A stretch of DNA of 64,000 nt, from positions 1 through 64,000 of the IMG/VR virus record IMGVR_UViG_3300020020_000002; one strand, written 5' to 3'. The notes beneath the pieces are model-generated. The model had not been told where the DNA came from. It ran no database searches and saw nothing but the letters and a program-made list of their open reading frames with translations. Shown here piece by piece: positions 35,254-44,062 of the stretch. Each line of letters begins with the position of its first letter. Positions within the stretch are counted from its first letter, which is position 1. Source of the stretch: a virus. Position numbers and translations under genes: made by a program.

Positions 35254-36749
35254 GCGCGTCGGCCGTATTTGTTTTCGAGGTAGGCGTCGGCTGCTTCCTC
35301 GGCCGTCACGTTGAGGTTGCTGTTGGGGATCTTGGTGCCGTCGACCGGCGCGCTCTCTTCGCGGGTCGGGTCGCTGATTCGCTGCACGCCGCGCGCGGTG
35401 TCCTCCAGCTCGGCGATGCGCTGCTTGGCTTGGTCGAGTTCGGCCTGCATCGAGGCGACCTGCCGGTGGGCGTGGTCGACCGCGTGTGCCTTGGCGATGT
35501 ATTCCATCGCGGCCGGGTCGCGACTCCACACTGCTTGGATCCCCTTGCGGATCTCGGGCACGATCACGTCGCGCAGGTGCGTGTTGTGCTTCTCTGCTTC
35601 GAGCTTGGCGGCCTCGTCCATGTCGGCGGTGATCGACTTGTAGTGGCCCCACTCGTAGCCCGGCTGATCGAAGAGGCTGATAAGCTTCTTGTCGGACTCA
35701 CCGGCCCAGCTCTTGCGCTCCTCCTCCTCGCGCTGCTGCTGGCCTTCCCAGTATTTGCCCGCCTTCTCTTGGATCTCGGCCAGCTTCTGCTCGTGGCCCT
35801 CGACCACCGCCTTGCGGTTGCGGAACATGTCCTTGACCCGGTCGAGCAAGAGCTGGTCGCCGGTCTTCGCGATCGCGTTCAGGATCCCGTTTATCATGTT
35901 CCGACCTTGCGGGCTGTCGAAGCCGATCGCCTTGAGCCTTGCGGCCTGATCCGCGGGCATCATGAGGTCTTCGTCGGTCGTCAGCACCTCGATGATCTTG
36001 TCCTCGGCCGAGTCGAGCGTCTTTTTGAACTCCTCGGCGATCTTCGGGTCACTCTGCGCCTCGAAAGTCGCCTTGAACTCACGCAGTTCGGCGAGTTCGG
36101 CCTCGACCTGCGGGTCGCTCTTCGGTCCTTTCTCCAATTCGGCGATCTTGGCCGACAATTCCTTGTTCCGGCCGATCGCGGCGCGGGTGATCTCCTTGAT
36201 CTCCTTGAAACCATTGAGCGTTTTTTCGCTCGCGTTGGGTTTGGGCTGGATCGCGTCGAGTTTTTTGAGCGCCGCCTCGGGATCGAAGGGTGCCGGGCCG
36301 CTGGGACCGCTCGCCCCGGCCGGTTTTGGCACTACCCCGCTTGGACCAGTCGCTCCAGAAGGGGCAAATGTGCCGTCTGCGCGCCTCGCCCTGCCCGTTT
36401 CGTCGACTTTTGGGCCCGTGGGGCCAGTCGGGGCGGTTTCAGGCGGTTTTTGCGGTTTTTGCGTCTCGCCCTTGGCCGGATCCGGCGCGGCCGGGATCTG
36501 ATCGGGCTGGCGATCGGGCGGCTGAGCCTGTTGGTGGTCGCCTCCCTCGCCGTATTTCTTGTCGAAGTCGCCCCAGTCGGGCTTTTGGTCGCCCGTGACC
36601 TCGCCGATGTCGGGGAAGTTGGTCACCGGTTGCACTGCAGGCGGATCGACGGCCGGTGGCGCTTCGCCCGGGCCAAAGGCCGGTTGCGGGCGTCCGATGT
36701 GGCAGGGCGGGATGAGTGAGCTTGCGCTAGTCGTGAGGATATTTTGCAT
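35250..36749 (-). CDS. scaffolding-like protein (499 aa)
   Basis: Track ORF; Pro/Gly-rich N-terminal third then long charged helical region (AELEKGPKSDPQVEAELAELREFKATFEAQ...); lies between portal and capsid. Confidence 0.45.
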   Translation of the reverse strand: MQNILTTSASSLIPPCHIGRPQPAFGPGEAPPAVDPPAVQPVTNFPDIGEVTGDQKPDWGDFDKKYGEGGDHQQAQPPDRQPDQIPAAPDPAKGETQKPQKPPETAPTGPTGPKVDETGRARRADGTFAPSGATGPSGVVPKPAGASGPSGPAPFDPEAALKKLDAIQPKPNASEKTLNGFKEIKEITRAAIGRNKELSAKIAELEKGPKSDPQVEAELAELREFKATFEAQSDPKIAEEFKKTLDSAEDKIIEVLTTDEDLMMPADQAARLKAIGFDSPQGRNMINGILNAIAKTGDQLLLDRVKDMFRNRKAVVEGHEQKLAEIQEKAGKYWEGQQQREEEERKSWAGESDKKLISLFDQPGYEWGHYKSITADMDEAAKLEAEKHNTHLRDVIVPEIRKGIQAVWSRDPAAMEYIAKAHAVDHAHRQVASMQAELDQAKQRIAELEDTARGVQRISDPTREESAPVDGTKIPNSNLNVTAEEAADAYLENKYGRRA

Positions 36750-36876
36750 GGCTTTTTTGGTATGTGCGGCGGCGGCCGCGGCGGCGCAGAAATGGGCGTG
36801 CGATCGCCCAAAGGGACATCACGATGCCGCCGAAGAGCGCGGCGATCGTCGCGACAATGGTGTAGTCGGCTCTCAT
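36727..36876 (-). CDS. small membrane protein (49 aa)
   Basis: ATG 36874-36876 in ATGA overlap with upstream stop; MRADYTIVATIAALFGGIVMSLWAIARPFLRRRGRRR; overlaps the scaffold start by 23 nt. Confidence 0.4.
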   Translation of the reverse strand: MRADYTIVATIAALFGGIVMSLWAIARPFLRRRGRRRTYQKSHAKYPHD

Positions 36877-37148
36877 TCGTTCTCTCTCCCGATGAAGGGT
36901 GAGTTTTCGGTGATGGTCGTGGCTCCGCTGGCGAGCTGGATGACTGCCTCGATCATGTGCTCCGCGCCGCGCACCTCGCTGCCGGACATGGCTCGTGCTT
37001 CGAGCGTCTCGGTGGTGGTGAAGCGCGGCCGTCGGGCGCGCATCGCGGGCAGGAACTTCGGGCTTTTGTCGAGATACGCGCGGAGAGCTTGCGCGTCGTT
37101 CTCCGTCCACACGATGTGAACGGGTTCGGGTCGAGTTTGTTCAGGCAT
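36873..37148 (-). CDS. hypothetical protein (91 aa)
   Basis: Track ORF MPEQTRPEPVHIVWTENDAQALRAYLDK...; preceded by palindrome copy 4 and a looser promoter cassette. Confidence 0.6.
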   Translation of the reverse strand: MPEQTRPEPVHIVWTENDAQALRAYLDKSPKFLPAMRARRPRFTTTETLEARAMSGSEVRGAEHMIEAVIQLASGATTITENSPFIGRENE

Positions 37149-37191
37149 ATCGAGGACCGACTATGTAAGGCAAGCCGTTGCTAGCTGGCAA
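37149..37191 (-). promoter_or_regulatory. promoter-like module P2 (short leader)
   Basis: Minus strand: TTGCCA-17 nt (GCAACGGCTTGC)-TTACAT-14 nt-ATG(37148). Confidence 0.4.
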
Positions 37192-37204
37192 GCCTAACGA
37201 ATTC

Positions 37205-37229
37205 TCAACTGCGTTTTAAACGCAGTTGA
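37205..37229 (+). promoter_or_regulatory. 25-nt perfect palindrome, copy 4
   Basis: Read directly; starts 6 nt after the portal stop codon (37235-37237), followed by a promoter-like module. Confidence 0.9.
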
Positions 37230-37234
37230 GTTTT

Positions 37235-39709
37235 TTACACCTTCGTCGCGGTCTGTCCCAAGTCGATCTTCGCCTCTTCGAGCCCTTGCGCTTTGCTGCC
37301 TTCCGCGGCCTTGGCGAGGATGCGCATGTTCTCCTGCTGGATCTGCAGCGCGTCCTTGTTCACTTGGTGGCCGAGCTTCGCTTCCTCGATCGACAGCTCG
37401 CGATCTTTTTGGTCGGCCTTCTTCGCTTCGAGGCCGAGGTAGCCTGCTTCGGTTTGCTGCTCGGGTGGCAGGCCGGGGGATCCCGGGGCAACCGGCTGCG
37501 CACCGGCACCCGCACCGGGCTGGCCCCCGGCTGCCATTTGGGCTTGAGCATCGGCCTGCGCTTTCTGCAGCGCCTGCTCGGCCTTGGTCACAATTTGGAA
37601 CCATCCGCGGATCACGTCCTCTTCCTGCTTCTTCTGCTCGGGCAGGAGCATCGGATCCATCTGGATGTGCATGTCGTAGTGCTGCAGGCAGAGCTTCGCG
37701 CCACCGATCAGCTCGGGCTGCGGGTTCTGCGCGATCGCCTGCACCATGCCGTCGAGGTTAGGTGCCAGTGCCTGCCGGTGGATCGCGTGGTTGTCGAATC
37801 CAACCACGGGCATCGGGTTGCCATCGAGCATCTCGGATAGCTCGATCGTCTGCTGGCGGATCGCGGCGTCGCGCACGTTGGTGTCCTCGTCGGGAATGAC
37901 CAGCTCGGTTGCCCGGGCCTCGCCGAGCACGATGCGCGCTTCCATCTGCGTCGCCTTGTTCTGATCGATGCGCGGGTTGATCTTGTTCGCGGCGATGAAT
38001 TGCAGCGTCGCTTGGTCCTTGGCTGCGCCCTCGTTCTCGTTGCTCGCGCCGGACGGCACCACGGCCAGCATGGCGATCTCCTCGATCGTCAGGCCGCTGT
38101 CCATCAGCTCGACCACCGCTTGCACTGCGGCTTCGTCGGCGATCGACGTCTCCATGATCGGCTCGACGCCCGGGGTTTTGCCGAAGGCTTTCTTGAGGAG
38201 TTTCCACGCCTGCTGGATCACGACCACGATCTTCGCGCTCATCTTGCGCTTTTTCTCCTCGTAGGCGCGCTTGCCCTCGCGCAGCACCAACGGGCTGAAC
38301 ATGCCGCGGACCATCATGTCGACTAGCTCTTTCGCTTGGTTAGTGAACCGGGTCAGCACGCCCTGCCTAACTGCGATGTCCCGCTCGGCTTTCTGCGCGG
38401 CCTCGATCTTCGTCTTGCTGCTGCCGCTTTGATCGACGTTGGGTGGAATGAACGCACCTGCGATCGATTCCGCGATGCCGACGAGCTTGTTGTCGAGGCC
38501 CTCGCTCGCTTCCCAGTTGATCTGAAAGTTTTCGACCAGCACGTCGGTGCCGGTGGGTGCGACCATGAACGGGTAGCGAAGCTGTAACTGCACCGCCGTC
38601 GGATCGTCACTCTTGAGCACGGGGAACCCGGCGAAGTTAATCTTGTCGGCCGTGAAGTTGCGGCCGCGCTCGATCGCCACATGCAGGTTGGTTAGGAGTC
38701 GGCCGAGGCCCTTGGATCCATAGAACTTTCGGTTGCCCGCCTGCATGGTGAAAAGCGTCATGCACTCAGGCATCGAGCCGTGCACGTTCTTCGCCTGCCG
38801 GACCTCGGTGCCGTCGTCCTCGCTCGTCGTCCAGAGATCGATCTCGCCTGTGTAGTCGCGCACCAGCACGTGAAAGCAGCGCACCTGCCGAGTTTGGTTC
38901 TCGGTCGCATAGCTGTAACCTAGTGGGCTCAGCTCGCGGATCGCGTCCTGCTCCTCCAGCGGCGTCTGCTCGGTGTTGTTGAACCCACCGGCCGTGTTGG
39001 CCGTCTTGATGCACCCGGCGTAGTTGTAGCCCGCGCGCTCGGCGATCATGCGATCGCGGAACAGGTCCATGAACTCGTGCATGAGGAAGGGCTGGCGGAA
39101 GGCGCAGACCTGCACCTTGCTCGCGTGCTGGCCGGTGCCCTCGGGCAGGAACACTTCGTCGTAGCGCCACATGCGCGGCCGCCAGTCTTCGCCCAGTTTC
39201 GTGGCGACCGCGTTCCCATGCGTGACGACCTCTTGGGCAAGGCCCGACAGGAAGTCTTTCCACTCGACCCATGCCCGAATGGTTTTGGTGCAAACCTCGT
39301 TGAACTTGCGGCTCTTCTTGACGCCTTCGGGGTGCCCGGGCGGAAGCGCCTTCTGGCAGAGGAGGTCGGCCACTTCGAGTGGCTCGGTGAGCTGGGGTTT
39401 CACCCGATCGATGATCGAGGCGAGGAAATTGGTGGAGAAATTGTTGCGCCAGCCTTGCCCGGTGCGCGTCAGATCTCGCGCGAAAAATGGTGGATCACCA
39501 TTGTAGGCCTTGCCGATGAACGCTGCCGTGCGCAGGCGTCCATCGATCGCGCGATCTCGCAAGCTCTTGGCGATGCCGTAGGCCTGCTTGCAGTTGTTGA
39601 TCGCTCTACTGGTCGGCTTGCCCGTTGCCGGACTTATGTTGGGCGGATTGAGCTGCTGATCTCCGGTTGGTTCCTTGTTGCTGTCCTGTGCTGGATAGAT
39701 CGCGCTCAT
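37235..39709 (-). CDS. portal protein candidate (824 aa)
   Basis: Size, position upstream of scaffold and capsid, central FYGSKGLGRLL region and long Gln/Ala/Glu-rich helical C-terminal tail as in podoviral connectors; no HMM run. Confidence 0.6.
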   Translation of the reverse strand: MSAIYPAQDSNKEPTGDQQLNPPNISPATGKPTSRAINNCKQAYGIAKSLRDRAIDGRLRTAAFIGKAYNGDPPFFARDLTRTGQGWRNNFSTNFLASIIDRVKPQLTEPLEVADLLCQKALPPGHPEGVKKSRKFNEVCTKTIRAWVEWKDFLSGLAQEVVTHGNAVATKLGEDWRPRMWRYDEVFLPEGTGQHASKVQVCAFRQPFLMHEFMDLFRDRMIAERAGYNYAGCIKTANTAGGFNNTEQTPLEEQDAIRELSPLGYSYATENQTRQVRCFHVLVRDYTGEIDLWTTSEDDGTEVRQAKNVHGSMPECMTLFTMQAGNRKFYGSKGLGRLLTNLHVAIERGRNFTADKINFAGFPVLKSDDPTAVQLQLRYPFMVAPTGTDVLVENFQINWEASEGLDNKLVGIAESIAGAFIPPNVDQSGSSKTKIEAAQKAERDIAVRQGVLTRFTNQAKELVDMMVRGMFSPLVLREGKRAYEEKKRKMSAKIVVVIQQAWKLLKKAFGKTPGVEPIMETSIADEAAVQAVVELMDSGLTIEEIAMLAVVPSGASNENEGAAKDQATLQFIAANKINPRIDQNKATQMEARIVLGEARATELVIPDEDTNVRDAAIRQQTIELSEMLDGNPMPVVGFDNHAIHRQALAPNLDGMVQAIAQNPQPELIGGAKLCLQHYDMHIQMDPMLLPEQKKQEEDVIRGWFQIVTKAEQALQKAQADAQAQMAAGGQPGAGAGAQPVAPGSPGLPPEQQTEAGYLGLEAKKADQKDRELSIEEAKLGHQVNKDALQIQQENMRILAKAAEGSKAQGLEEAKIDLGQTATKV

Positions 39710-39908
39710 GGTGGTGGTCCTTTGTAGCGGGATTTACTTCGCCACACCACTTCCAAAAACATAGCGCGCAGCAAAAGGCCCGCTCTTGCAATTCGGCAGG
39801 CAATCGCAATCCGCGGCCGTCGTCAATGCCGGTGACAAATATGCACGGCCCGAGGATGTCCTCGTTGCACATGTCGCAGACCTCGGGGTTAGCTTTCTTC
39901 CGACTCAT
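39606..39908 (-). CDS. Cys-rich small protein (100 aa; 3' end overlaps portal start by 104 nt)
   Basis: Track ORF MSRKKANPEVCDMCNEDILGPC...CCALCFWKWCGE; ATGA overlap with upstream stop; the C-terminal 35 aa look low-complexity, so the true end is uncertain. Confidence 0.4.
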   Translation of the reverse strand: MSRKKANPEVCDMCNEDILGPCIFVTGIDDGRGLRLPAELQERAFCCALCFWKWCGEVNPATKDHHHERDLSSTGQQQGTNRRSAAQSAQHKSGNGQADQ

Positions 39909-40351
39909 AGGTCAGTGCGTCGGCGAACGATAAGATCGGGCCCCAGTTCGTAGATCGCTCGATGCCAGTCGGGGTTTTCGATCCAGCGATAGCCGTCGGC
40001 GTCGACGGTGAGTTTGTGGCTTTCCAGCTCGACGTAGTTCTCCTCGTCGTTCTCCAGATCGATCGCCACGTTGACAAAGCGCGGCGGTGTGAGCTTCGGC
40101 GGCCGGGCGGCCTTCAGCAGCGCGAGGAAGGCCTGCGCGATCGCTACGCCCAGCCCGGGCACGGCCGAGGCAGCACCACCGCTCGTGCAGATGCGCACGC
40201 CTCGCACTGGGTTGAGGCCTTCGTCGGTCGTCGCAACGTAGAAGTCGCCATTGCCACCGAGGGTGATGTGCAAGACCTGACGCCTTTCTTGGTCGCGGTC
40301 GTCGGTTAGGTAGTGGACGGAGTGGATCGGGATGTCTTTTTCGGGGTTCAT
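39905..40351 (-). CDS. hypothetical protein (148 aa)
   Basis: Trimmed to ATG 40349-40351 (MNPEKDIPIHSVHYLTDD...); ATGA overlaps at both ends. Confidence 0.65.
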   Translation of the reverse strand: MNPEKDIPIHSVHYLTDDRDQERRQVLHITLGGNGDFYVATTDEGLNPVRGVRICTSGGAASAVPGLGVAIAQAFLALLKAARPPKLTPPRFVNVAIDLENDEENYVELESHKLTVDADGYRWIENPDWHRAIYELGPDLIVRRRTDL

Positions 40352-40974
40352 AGTGCTGAGTCTTGCGGCGGCACCCAGCATTCGATGGGCGCGTCGACGT
40401 GTCGGTTGGGTAGGAAGTCGCGGTCGAGGTGGACCGCACTAGGCAAGTGCAGGCGATGCAGTCGGCAGGCGCGCAGGGCCTCGTCCTCGGGCACGCTGCG
40501 CGCTTGGCGCAATAGATAGCTGCGGCGATGGATCTCGTCGTTGCAGGATCCGCAGCCTTCTGTTTCCCAGCGGATGTTCTGCGGGCAGAGCATGCAGACG
40601 ATCGCGCGCTTGTGTGCCTCCTCGTTGAGCACGAAGCGTGGCTTGGCCATGGCGGTGCGATCGCACCACTCGCGCATGTGTTGGATCATGGGTGTGATTT
40701 CTCGGACGCGCACCGAGCCCTTCACGCGGCCCTTCCAGCGATCGTTGGGTGGTGACACTTTCAGGATGAAGTCGCAGACGTCGCGGAATGGATCGCCCAG
40801 CTCGATCCCGGCGCTGACGCGGAAGTCGATGACCTGCTTGACCAGCACCTCGGCGCTCTTCGCGGATCCTTCAGCCGGGATCCGCCACGTCTCGCCTTGG
40901 TGGACCTGCAGGTAGCGCCAGCCGCCGCCGATCGGCTTGACGCCATCGATCACGCCAGCTTCGAGGAAATTCAT
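40348..40974 (-). CDS. hypothetical Cys-cluster protein (208 aa)
   Basis: Track ORF MNFLEAGVIDGVKPIGGGW...CMLCPQN...CGSCND. Confidence 0.65.
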   Translation of the reverse strand: MNFLEAGVIDGVKPIGGGWRYLQVHQGETWRIPAEGSAKSAEVLVKQVIDFRVSAGIELGDPFRDVCDFILKVSPPNDRWKGRVKGSVRVREITPMIQHMREWCDRTAMAKPRFVLNEEAHKRAIVCMLCPQNIRWETEGCGSCNDEIHRRSYLLRQARSVPEDEALRACRLHRLHLPSAVHLDRDFLPNRHVDAPIECWVPPQDSAL

Positions 40975-41399
40975 CCGAGGATGCGATCGACGATGCTGCC
41001 GCCAGCATCGCGGCGGTTAGCTTCGGCCAGCCGGGTGGCGAGTGCGGTGAGTAGGTTGCGGGCGTGGCCGCCGACGCCGTGCGGCACCAGCGCGCCCTTG
41101 GCGTCGAGGGAGAGCAGCGCCTCGGTGCAGGCGATCAAGTGCCGGTCGGTGCCTCTGAAGCTGTCGGGTGGCGGGCTGCTGAGTATGGCCATGAATTCGT
41201 TGTGCGGGTTGACGCCGGGCTTTTCGGTCGCGTCGTCGAAGGTCCAGTTGGGTTCGATGTCGGCGTAAGACCAGTCAGCCTTGCCGTCGACGTGCAGCTT
41301 GAAGCGGGGCTTTTCGGTCGGCATCTCGGGGTGGCCGATCTCCAAGAGGAGTCGTTCAATCTTCGCGGCGATGTAGCGTTTCTGTTGCAATGAGAACAT
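40971..41399 (-). CDS. hypothetical protein (142 aa)
   Basis: Track ORF MFSLQQKRYIAAKIERLLLEIGHPEM... Confidence 0.65.
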   Translation of the reverse strand: MFSLQQKRYIAAKIERLLLEIGHPEMPTEKPRFKLHVDGKADWSYADIEPNWTFDDATEKPGVNPHNEFMAILSSPPPDSFRGTDRHLIACTEALLSLDAKGALVPHGVGGHARNLLTALATRLAEANRRDAGGSIVDRILG

Positions 41400-41607
41400 A
41401 GCGTTTGGTTGGTGGTTTTATGGTGAGGTTGAGTTTGATTTTGCCGTAGCGATCGATCAGCGACATGCGCCAGATCGCGATCGTGGTTCCCTGCTCTACA
41501 CTGATCCCGCGCTGCTTGGCGATGACCTTCCCGACTAGCTTGAGGAAGTCGACGTCATACATCCCCCAGCCTTGGTCGTAGCAGTAGAGCAGTTGAGCTC
41601 CGGTCAT
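41356..41607 (-). CDS. hypothetical protein (83 aa)
   Basis: Trimmed to ATG 41605-41607 (MTGAQLLYCYDQGWGMYDVDFLK...); ATGA overlap with upstream stop; 44-nt overlap downstream. Confidence 0.55.
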   Translation of the reverse strand: MTGAQLLYCYDQGWGMYDVDFLKLVGKVIAKQRGISVEQGTTIAIWRMSLIDRYGKIKLNLTIKPPTKRYVLIATETLHRRED

Positions 41608-41888
41608 TCTTGCGTTTCTTGTCCCTCCTCGCCGGGGATCTCGGCGAAGCCGTCGGCTGCTTGGCGTGGGTCGTGGTGCTCGATGACGTCGACGCCTACC
41701 GGGTAAAAGGACCGCTTGAGCAGGTAGCACGGGCAGTAGGGCAGCTCGCGCACCGCCTCCTCGAATAGCTTGCGCGCTGCTCGGTAGGTGTAGAACGGGA
41801 TGCCGGGCGCGAAGTTTGATCCCGGGCTTACGGCGTAGCGCCAAAACGGCAGGACAGCGGCGATGTTGAATTGGTCGGGTGTTTTCAT
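41604..41888 (-). CDS. hypothetical protein (94 aa)
   Basis: Track ORF MKTPDQFNIAAVLPFWRYAVSPG... Confidence 0.6.
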   Translation of the reverse strand: MKTPDQFNIAAVLPFWRYAVSPGSNFAPGIPFYTYRAARKLFEEAVRELPYCPCYLLKRSFYPVGVDVIEHHDPRQAADGFAEIPGEEGQETQE

Positions 41889-42178
41889 TAGTCGACTGGG
41901 TAGCCAGTGCCTTGCACGGGCGGGTAAGCGTAACCACTGAGTTCGTTGAGTTCGCGCTTCGCGGGTTTTGGTGGTGCGACTTTGCTGCTGTAGCGGATCA
42001 GGATCTCAGTGCCTTCGGGCACGCTGAAGATCTCGGCCTTGCAGCCGTGGGGCACGAGGATGCGCACCGGGATGCTGGCCTGCGCGACGGTGATGCCCTT
42101 GGCTGGTGCGCGCTTGATCGTGATGCCCGCCTCCTCTTTGACGACGAGCGTGGCCAGTGGCTTTTCGCTGCGCTTCAT
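41888..42178 (-). CDS. hypothetical protein (96 aa)
   Basis: Track ORF MKRSEKPLATLVVKEEAGITIKR... Confidence 0.6.
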   Translation of the reverse strand: MKRSEKPLATLVVKEEAGITIKRAPAKGITVAQASIPVRILVPHGCKAEIFSVPEGTEILIRYSSKVAPPKPAKRELNELSGYAYPPVQGTGYPVD

Positions 42179-42450
42179 CGTGGTCCTCGTTGCATGACGG
42201 TGTCGACGGCGCGGTCGATCGCGGCCCAGCAGTCAGGGTCGGACTTCCACTCCTCCAGCGTCTCGCGGTCAGGCAGCGCGAGGCTCATGTCGGGCATGAA
42301 CACGGCGATCCCGGCGCAGCGGTTGCAGATGCTCGGGTCGCCCGGTTGTGGTCCTCGGTCGCCATCGTCGGCGTTGGTTGAGGAGTCGAGCAGCTTCCCG
42401 CAGTGCGGGCAGGGCGTCTCGTCGAAGGCTTTATCGTAGATCGTTTTCAT
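42175..42450 (-). CDS. Zn-ribbon protein (91 aa)
   Basis: Track ORF MKTIYDKAFDETPCPHCGKLLDSS...CNRCAG. Confidence 0.6.
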   Translation of the reverse strand: MKTIYDKAFDETPCPHCGKLLDSSTNADDGDRGPQPGDPSICNRCAGIAVFMPDMSLALPDRETLEEWKSDPDCWAAIDRAVDTVMQRGPR

Positions 42451-42617
42451 TTTCGGCGTTTTCTGGTGAGTGGTTTTCTTCGAGCGAAGTATCGGGCGCG
42501 CTCAGCCGCCCACGTGATGCAGGCCATCCAGTCGCTGCCGGTGTCCATGAACGACTCGTAGCACGAGTCGCACAGACGACCTTTTTTCAGCGGCGTCTCG
42601 CATACGACGCATTTCAT
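42447..42617 (-). CDS. small Zn-ribbon protein (56 aa, below track cutoff)
   Basis: Hand translation: MKCVVCETPLKKGRLCDSCYESFMDTGSDWMACITWAAERARYFARRKPLTRKRRK; ATGA overlaps at both ends (42614-42617, 42447-42450). Confidence 0.6.
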   Translation of the reverse strand: MKCVVCETPLKKGRLCDSCYESFMDTGSDWMACITWAAERARYFARRKPLTRKRRK

Positions 42618-42838
42618 GCTTTGGCTTCGTTCGCTTGGTAGAGCGCCAGCTCGACCACATAGGCGAGGTAGCGCGCGTCGTTCTCTTGGCCGAGGCGCGC
42701 GTTGATCGCTTTGAGGTTCGGCGCGATCACCTGCTCGGCCAGTCGGCGGGCGAATGTATTGTCGTCCTTGTGGTCGCGCCAGAGCTGCGTCGCGGTAAGG
42801 ATCGCTTCGTCAGTTTGCAGGATGTCGAGGATGGTCAT
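42614..42838 (-). CDS. hypothetical protein (74 aa)
   Basis: Trimmed to ATG 42836-42838 (MTILDILQTDEAILTATQLWRDHKDD...). Confidence 0.6.
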   Translation of the reverse strand: MTILDILQTDEAILTATQLWRDHKDDNTFARRLAEQVIAPNLKAINARLGQENDARYLAYVVELALYQANEAKA

Positions 42839-43046
42839 CGTTTGAAGGCTTGAAGTATTCGTCGAGTGTTTTGGATTGGCGCGGGTCAGCCGGGTAGACG
42901 TTGGCGACCGGCGCTCGGCAGCCGTGGCCGTCCTTGCAGATCTTCCAGAGCGAGATCCAGCCATCGCAGATCGGGTGCCCGGGGTTGTAGTAGTGGCAAC
43001 CATTGTAGCGCACCCAGCGGGGCAGTTTGTTGTCGGTGACGATCAT
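42810..43046 (-). CDS. Cys/His-rich protein (78 aa)
   Basis: Trimmed to ATG 43044-43046 (MIVTDNKLPRWVRYNGCHYYNPGHPICDGW...); ATGA overlap upstream. Confidence 0.55.
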   Translation of the reverse strand: MIVTDNKLPRWVRYNGCHYYNPGHPICDGWISLWKICKDGHGCRAPVANVYPADPRQSKTLDEYFKPSNDDHPRHPAN

Positions 43047-43204
43047 TCGAGTAGTCGAGCGGTTCTGATCTCCACGCAGAGATCGTATAGTTCGCGGATG
43101 CTGTAGCGTTCGGTTTGTCCGGTGTGAGTGCAGATGAAAAAGGCCACCGACAAATCGGGCCAGATGATTATCGAGGAGCCCTCGAAGTCGATGGTCACTT
43201 TCAT
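43043..43204 (-). CDS. hypothetical protein (53 aa)
   Basis: Trimmed to ATG 43202-43204 (MKVTIDFEGSSIIIWPDLSVAFFICTH...); ATGA overlap. Confidence 0.55.
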   Translation of the reverse strand: MKVTIDFEGSSIIIWPDLSVAFFICTHTGQTERYSIRELYDLCVEIRTARLLE

Positions 43205-43500
43205 GGCGTGTAGAACGGGTCGAGTCGTGGATCCGGTAGACACCACGCCGCATCGAGCTGGTTGATGCGGTCCTGCGAGTCGCGCAGGAGCAGCATGCGC
43301 TGCGTCTGGCTGTGGTGGCGGTTGCCAATGCCGATCACCTCGACCTCGGGACCGAGGCCTTGACCGCCCTCGGTGGGCCACGACTTGCGCAGCCGCAGCT
43401 TCATCCCGAGCGTGATGTTCGCCGCTTCTTCGCGGGTGATATAGGGCGGCTCGCCGGGCGGCGGATCGCGGGGCGGCGGGGCTTGGTCTTCGATGGGCAT
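43201..43500 (-). CDS. hypothetical protein (99 aa)
   Basis: Trimmed to ATG 43498-43500 (MPIEDQAPPPRDPPPGEPPYITREEAANITLGMK...). Confidence 0.55.
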   Translation of the reverse strand: MPIEDQAPPPRDPPPGEPPYITREEAANITLGMKLRLRKSWPTEGGQGLGPEVEVIGIGNRHHSQTQRMLLLRDSQDRINQLDAAWCLPDPRLDPFYTP

Positions 43501-43508
43501 GGTTTGGT

Positions 43509-43733
43509 TTAGCTGGACCCTCGCTGGCCGATCAGGATCGGTGTTTCGTAGCGCGCTTGGTGGCAGATTGTTTTCGCGTTGGGGATGACCATGCCGCCGA
43601 GGGTCAGTGTGTCGAAGCCGGGGCCAGTGTGGACCATCACCCACCAGTCGCGGGGTTCGTGGTAGTAGGCGATGAGCTTCTCGTCCTTCTCGATCGGCAT
43701 GCCGCAGGTCGGGCATTTGTTGAATTTGGCCAT
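43509..43733 (-). CDS. Zn-ribbon protein (74 aa)
   Basis: Track ORF MAKFNKCPTCGMPIEKDEKLIAYYHEPRDWW... Confidence 0.65.
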   Translation of the reverse strand: MAKFNKCPTCGMPIEKDEKLIAYYHEPRDWWVMVHTGPGFDTLTLGGMVIPNAKTICHQARYETPILIGQRGSS

Positions 43734-43739
43734 GGGATT

Positions 43740-43967
43740 CTATCTTTTCTGTTTTGGTTCGGTGACCTTCTCAAGGGTGAACCTGTGCTCTGCATCATCC
43801 CAAGGCAGGCCGAAGATGCATTCGGTGTGAATGGAGGCAACAGGCTTGCCGTGGCGACCTTTGCGAAACGCCCTGACCCGGTCGCAGCCATTGGTGCTGC
43901 GGTTGCAGACGATGCACATGTGCTCGTGCGTGGGAGGGTGCTCGGCGATGTTGGTGGTCTTGCTCAT
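43740..43967 (-). CDS. Cys/His-rich protein (75 aa)
   Basis: Track ORF MSKTTNIAEHPPTHEHMCIVCNRSTNGCD... Confidence 0.6.
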   Translation of the reverse strand: MSKTTNIAEHPPTHEHMCIVCNRSTNGCDRVRAFRKGRHGKPVASIHTECIFGLPWDDAEHRFTLEKVTEPKQKR

Positions 43968-44062
43968 GGGCGGCGGAAGATGGTGAAGGTGCAGGTGATG
44001 ATGATCGCGACCGAGCCGAGGCAGGCGGCGATGAAGAGGTAGAGGCCGTAGTCGTCGTTCAT
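43964..44062 (-). CDS. small membrane peptide (32 aa)
   Basis: ATG 44060-44062 in ATGA overlap; MNDDYGLYLFIAACLGSVAIIITCTFTIFRRP. Confidence 0.45.
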   Translation of the reverse strand: MNDDYGLYLFIAACLGSVAIIITCTFTIFRRP

